This document shows positions 61,573 through 64,000 of a stretch of 64,000 nucleotides of DNA, piece by piece (the stretch's first letter is position 1; the number at the start of each line of letters is the position of its first letter). A model generated the notes under the pieces. It saw only the letters and a list, made by a program, of their open reading frames with translations. It did not search any database and was not told the origin of the DNA. The stretch lies in contig PHAI01000002.1 of the NCBI GenBank assembly GCA_002840305.1, forward strand, positions 202,707 to 266,706. Reading direction: 5' to 3'. The position numbers and the translations under genes were made by a program. Origin of the DNA: Candidatus Falkowbacteria bacterium HGW-Falkowbacteria-1 (GTDB taxonomy: Bacteria > Patescibacteriota > Patescibacteriia > Patescibacteriales > UBA12465).

Positions 61573-64000
61573 TTAGTTAAACAACATTTTTTTGCTATTA
61601 TAAAGCTGCTTAGCATCAAAATCGTCTATTACTCCCGACCATATACTTATTTCGTCTACATAGCTTGATCCGTTTTCGGAAGAAATAATTATATTTTCAA
61701 TAAACTCATAATCCAACCAATCCCTAGAAACAGTTTTTTTCAAATATCCATCAAGATATATTTTTAATTCAAATTTATAAGAATCATAAACTAATACTAA
61801 GTGATGCCAATTATCATTTAAGAAACCAAGATCTGAAATATCGTCTTCGGCCGTCAAATTTAAATCGTTAAAATAATAATTGAATCTATTATCTAAATTT
61901 ATACCAAAAACATCTTTATTATTACCAACTAACTTTAAATAAAACTGATTAAAAGATAGTGGATCATCCAAGTCTTTGTCGCTATTCTTTTTTAACCATA
62001 ATGACAACGACAAATCTTTGTAATATTCTATCTGCTCCAAAAATCCAGAAACAATAAAGTCATCGCCATCATCACTCAACAAATAATAATTACCCCTGTC
62101 TAAATTTAATTGATTATTATTTAGCACTAACTGACTTGATGAAGCTCTAGGCGCCATGTCGTATAAAATTGTTTTATCCTCCAGTTCTTCTCGTTGATTA
62201 TCGTCAGTATTAAAATAGCTCAAAAGTTCTGGCTTTTTGAATCTTTTGTTGACACAATCAGAGGAATTAAAGGGCAGATTGTAATTATAAAGCTGGTTCA
62301 ACTCTTCTGGAGACAAAGGCTTTTTAAATACCGCCATCTCATCAAAAACAGTATAATTTCCAGTCGCAACCAAAAACAAAGAATCAATATCTGGAAAAAA
62401 ATTTAAACCAATTTCTCCTCTAAAGACTTCTTGCCCGTCATTATAAAGTGCAAAATAATCGGAACCTTTATCCACAACCAAAGCAAATTGATGCCAAATA
62501 TCGTCCACTGGCCACTCCAAATATTCCAATCTGTTAGGAGTATTCGGAAAACCTCTAAATTCAGTGTAATGCCTATAAAGTTGCACCGAAAAATATTGCT
62601 CATTACTTGAATTGTAAAATTTAATCACTGGTCTAGAACTGCTATAAGGTAATTTATAATCAAAAACATAAGTAAACTTATTAGAATCAAGAGCGGAATC
62701 CAAATCAATTTTTATAATATCATTATCTTGATGATGACTAATAGCACAGCCAAACTTACCTTGAACCCAAGAAGCGCTTATATTTTCGACATCACTGTTT
62801 CTGGAAAAATCGTAAAAAAAATCTCCCTGACATTCATCAAAGTGCCATAAATTTAATATATCCTCTGAAATAATAGCTGGGTCTAAACAATAATTATAAA
62901 CATCAAAATTCTCCACTTGGTTTTCTTCTTGGCTTTGCTCATCATCAGCTCCCTCTCCGCCACCTTGTTCTTCTTCGTGGTCAAACTCATAATTATTATC
63001 ACAGACAGTATTATTATAATAGTCGTCCAGACTAAGTGAAACAAAGTCAAAATTATTGTTACAACTATTAAAACTATTACCAAATTCAAAGTCCTCACAA
63101 TTAACGGCCATATCAATAGCCTCCGAATCTTCTTTGGCTTTTCTAATTAAAATATTATTATCTAATATTTCTGGGGCTGGAGAGCCCAAAAAATATTTAG
63201 CATTACCAAAACCAATTTTATCTACAATATCTTCGTCATTATCGCTAGAGAGTACATCGTCAGACAGATAAATAGTATAAGCATCACCAGTAAAAGTAAA
63301 CTCGCTACGGCTAACTATGGCTTGCGACATAGCCTTTATTTCATCCGAAGCAGCCTCTCTGCTTATTAAATACTTGCTATAAGGCTCTATATTTAAGCCA
63401 CCCGGATAAGAAGCATCTGATAAATTACCAAAACGCACTAAAAGAGACGGGGTCACACTAGTTTTAGCTTTGTATAGCCTAAAACCTTTTTCGGCTAAAT
63501 CAATAGTGACGTCATTGGGATTGTATATTTCAATATAATCATCATTTCCAGTAGAATATACCTTGCTAATTAAAAGGGGCAATAAATTATCTTGAATTTC
63601 TTCTTGATCTTCATCTTGATTATTTTCTTGTTCATTGTCTGAACTATTGTTTGTATTATTATTTTCTTGTTCATTATTTTGACTATCATTTTCTATGTCT
63701 TGATTATTATTTTCTGTATTTTGATCATTTGATAAATTTACTAAAACAAAATCAAAAAAATTGTCATTACTATCATAAGAAGGAGCTAATAGAAAATGAC
63801 TACCGCCCTCTTTCATTTTTTCGGCATCTGAATCAATCTTGGCCTTCCTGAGTAAAACATGTTCATCCAAAATTTCCAAAGCTGGTCTTTTTTCAAAATA
63901 ACTCGCGCTACCAAAACCAAGCTTATCTACGATATCCTCATCATTATCACTCGAAACCACTCCGCTGGATAGATAAATAGTATAAGCATCGCCAACAAAA
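61573..64000 (-). CDS. Large secreted/surface protein with repeated lamin-tail-like (LTD) domains and two LamG/concanavalin-like domains. The 5' end lies beyond the window.
   Basis: The frame stays open to position 64000 (…FVGDAYTIYLSSGVVSSDNDEDIVDKLGFG…). The repeat unit DYIEIYNP...GDAYTIYLS..V.SSDNDEDIVDK[IL]GFG occurs at least twice, plus a third partial copy at the edge. An N/Q/E-rich linker follows. The C-terminal halves show LamG_3-like blocks (LWHFDE..., WHQFALVVD...LYNDGQEV..., DEMAVFKKPLSPEELNQLY). Confidence 0.75.
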   Translation of the reverse strand, partial: FVGDAYTIYLSSGVVSSDNDEDIVDKLGFGSASYFEKRPALEILDEHVLLRKAKIDSDAEKMKEGGSHFLLAPSYDSNDNFFDFVLVNLSNDQNTENNNQDIENDSQNNEQENNNTNNSSDNEQENNQDEDQEEIQDNLLPLLISKVYSTGNDDYIEIYNPNDVTIDLAEKGFRLYKAKTSVTPSLLVRFGNLSDASYPGGLNIEPYSKYLISREAASDEIKAMSQAIVSRSEFTFTGDAYTIYLSDDVLSSDNDEDIVDKIGFGNAKYFLGSPAPEILDNNILIRKAKEDSEAIDMAVNCEDFEFGNSFNSCNNNFDFVSLSLDDYYNNTVCDNNYEFDHEEEQGGGEGADDEQSQEENQVENFDVYNYCLDPAIISEDILNLWHFDECQGDFFYDFSRNSDVENISASWVQGKFGCAISHHQDNDIIKIDLDSALDSNKFTYVFDYKLPYSSSRPVIKFYNSSNEQYFSVQLYRHYTEFRGFPNTPNRLEYLEWPVDDIWHQFALVVDKGSDYFALYNDGQEVFRGEIGLNFFPDIDSLFLVATGNYTVFDEMAVFKKPLSPEELNQLYNYNLPFNSSDCVNKRFKKPELLSYFNTDDNQREELEDKTILYDMAPRASSSQLVLNNNQLNLDRGNYYLLSDDGDDFIVSGFLEQIEYYKDLSLSLWLKKNSDKDLDDPLSFNQFYLKLVGNNKDVFGINLDNRFNYYFNDLNLTAEDDISDLGFLNDNWHHLVLVYDSYKFELKIYLDGYLKKTVSRDWLDYEFIENIIISSENGSSYVDEISIWSGVIDDFDAKQLYNSKKMLFN

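Noticed and set aside
1-64000. Alternative genetic code (UGA recoded, as in some candidate phyla).
   Set aside because: Long conserved genes such as dnaE, alaS and purA are uninterrupted under the standard code. TGA is used as a terminator, for example at 54420 and 3766.

Overview
This is a very AT-rich, gene-dense window with about 90% of genes on the minus strand. It looks like a small-genome uncultivated bacterium. A Patescibacteria/CPR-like origin is my inference from gene content and protein style, not a computed result. Long ORFs are intact and TGA/TAA/TAG all act as stops, so the standard bacterial code applies.

Content from left to right:
- The tail of the ribosomal alpha operon: infA-rpmJ-rpsM-rpsK-rpsD-rpoA-rplQ, then the start of rplM.
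- A type IV pilin-like gene followed by two DUF1566-like modules broken by frameshifts.
- alaS.
- A division/cell-wall (dcw) cluster: mraZ-rsmH-ftsL-ftsI-murF ... mraY-ftsW-murG ... murC-murB. It is interrupted twice by opposite-strand genes.
- sod, a class I aldolase, an AlkD-like repair protein, dnaE and parAB.
- A DUF2207 protein, purA, rdgB, an exonuclease and a 7-TM PQ-loop protein.
- A run of small proteins.
- A Prs-like gene, followed by an operon encoding a polytopic membrane protein and a beta-barrel-like protein.
- tRNA-Leu(CAA) and mnmA.
- A glycosylation cluster (two GT4 genes, a TrmH-family gene and a WbaP-like sugar transferase).
- RNase P RNA.
- A large LTD/LamG surface protein that runs off the right edge.

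No CRISPR array, transposase, integrase, reverse transcriptase or recognisable defence system was found.

Items most worth a second look:
- The split pilin/DUF1566 locus, whose breaks sit exactly at the edges of a 99-bp perfect repeat.
- A signal-peptide beta-barrel-like protein operon in a lineage expected to lack an outer membrane.
- An RpoA that lacks the alpha C-terminal domain.
- An E/K-rich nucleotidyltransferase cassette inserted in the dcw cluster.
- A tandem 9-mer array upstream of dnaE.
- MraZ-box-like repeats on a consensus promoter.
- Two genes too short to appear in the supplied ORF track (rpmJ and a 55-aa four-Cys protein).

All functional calls rest on motif recognition by eye. 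No database search was run.
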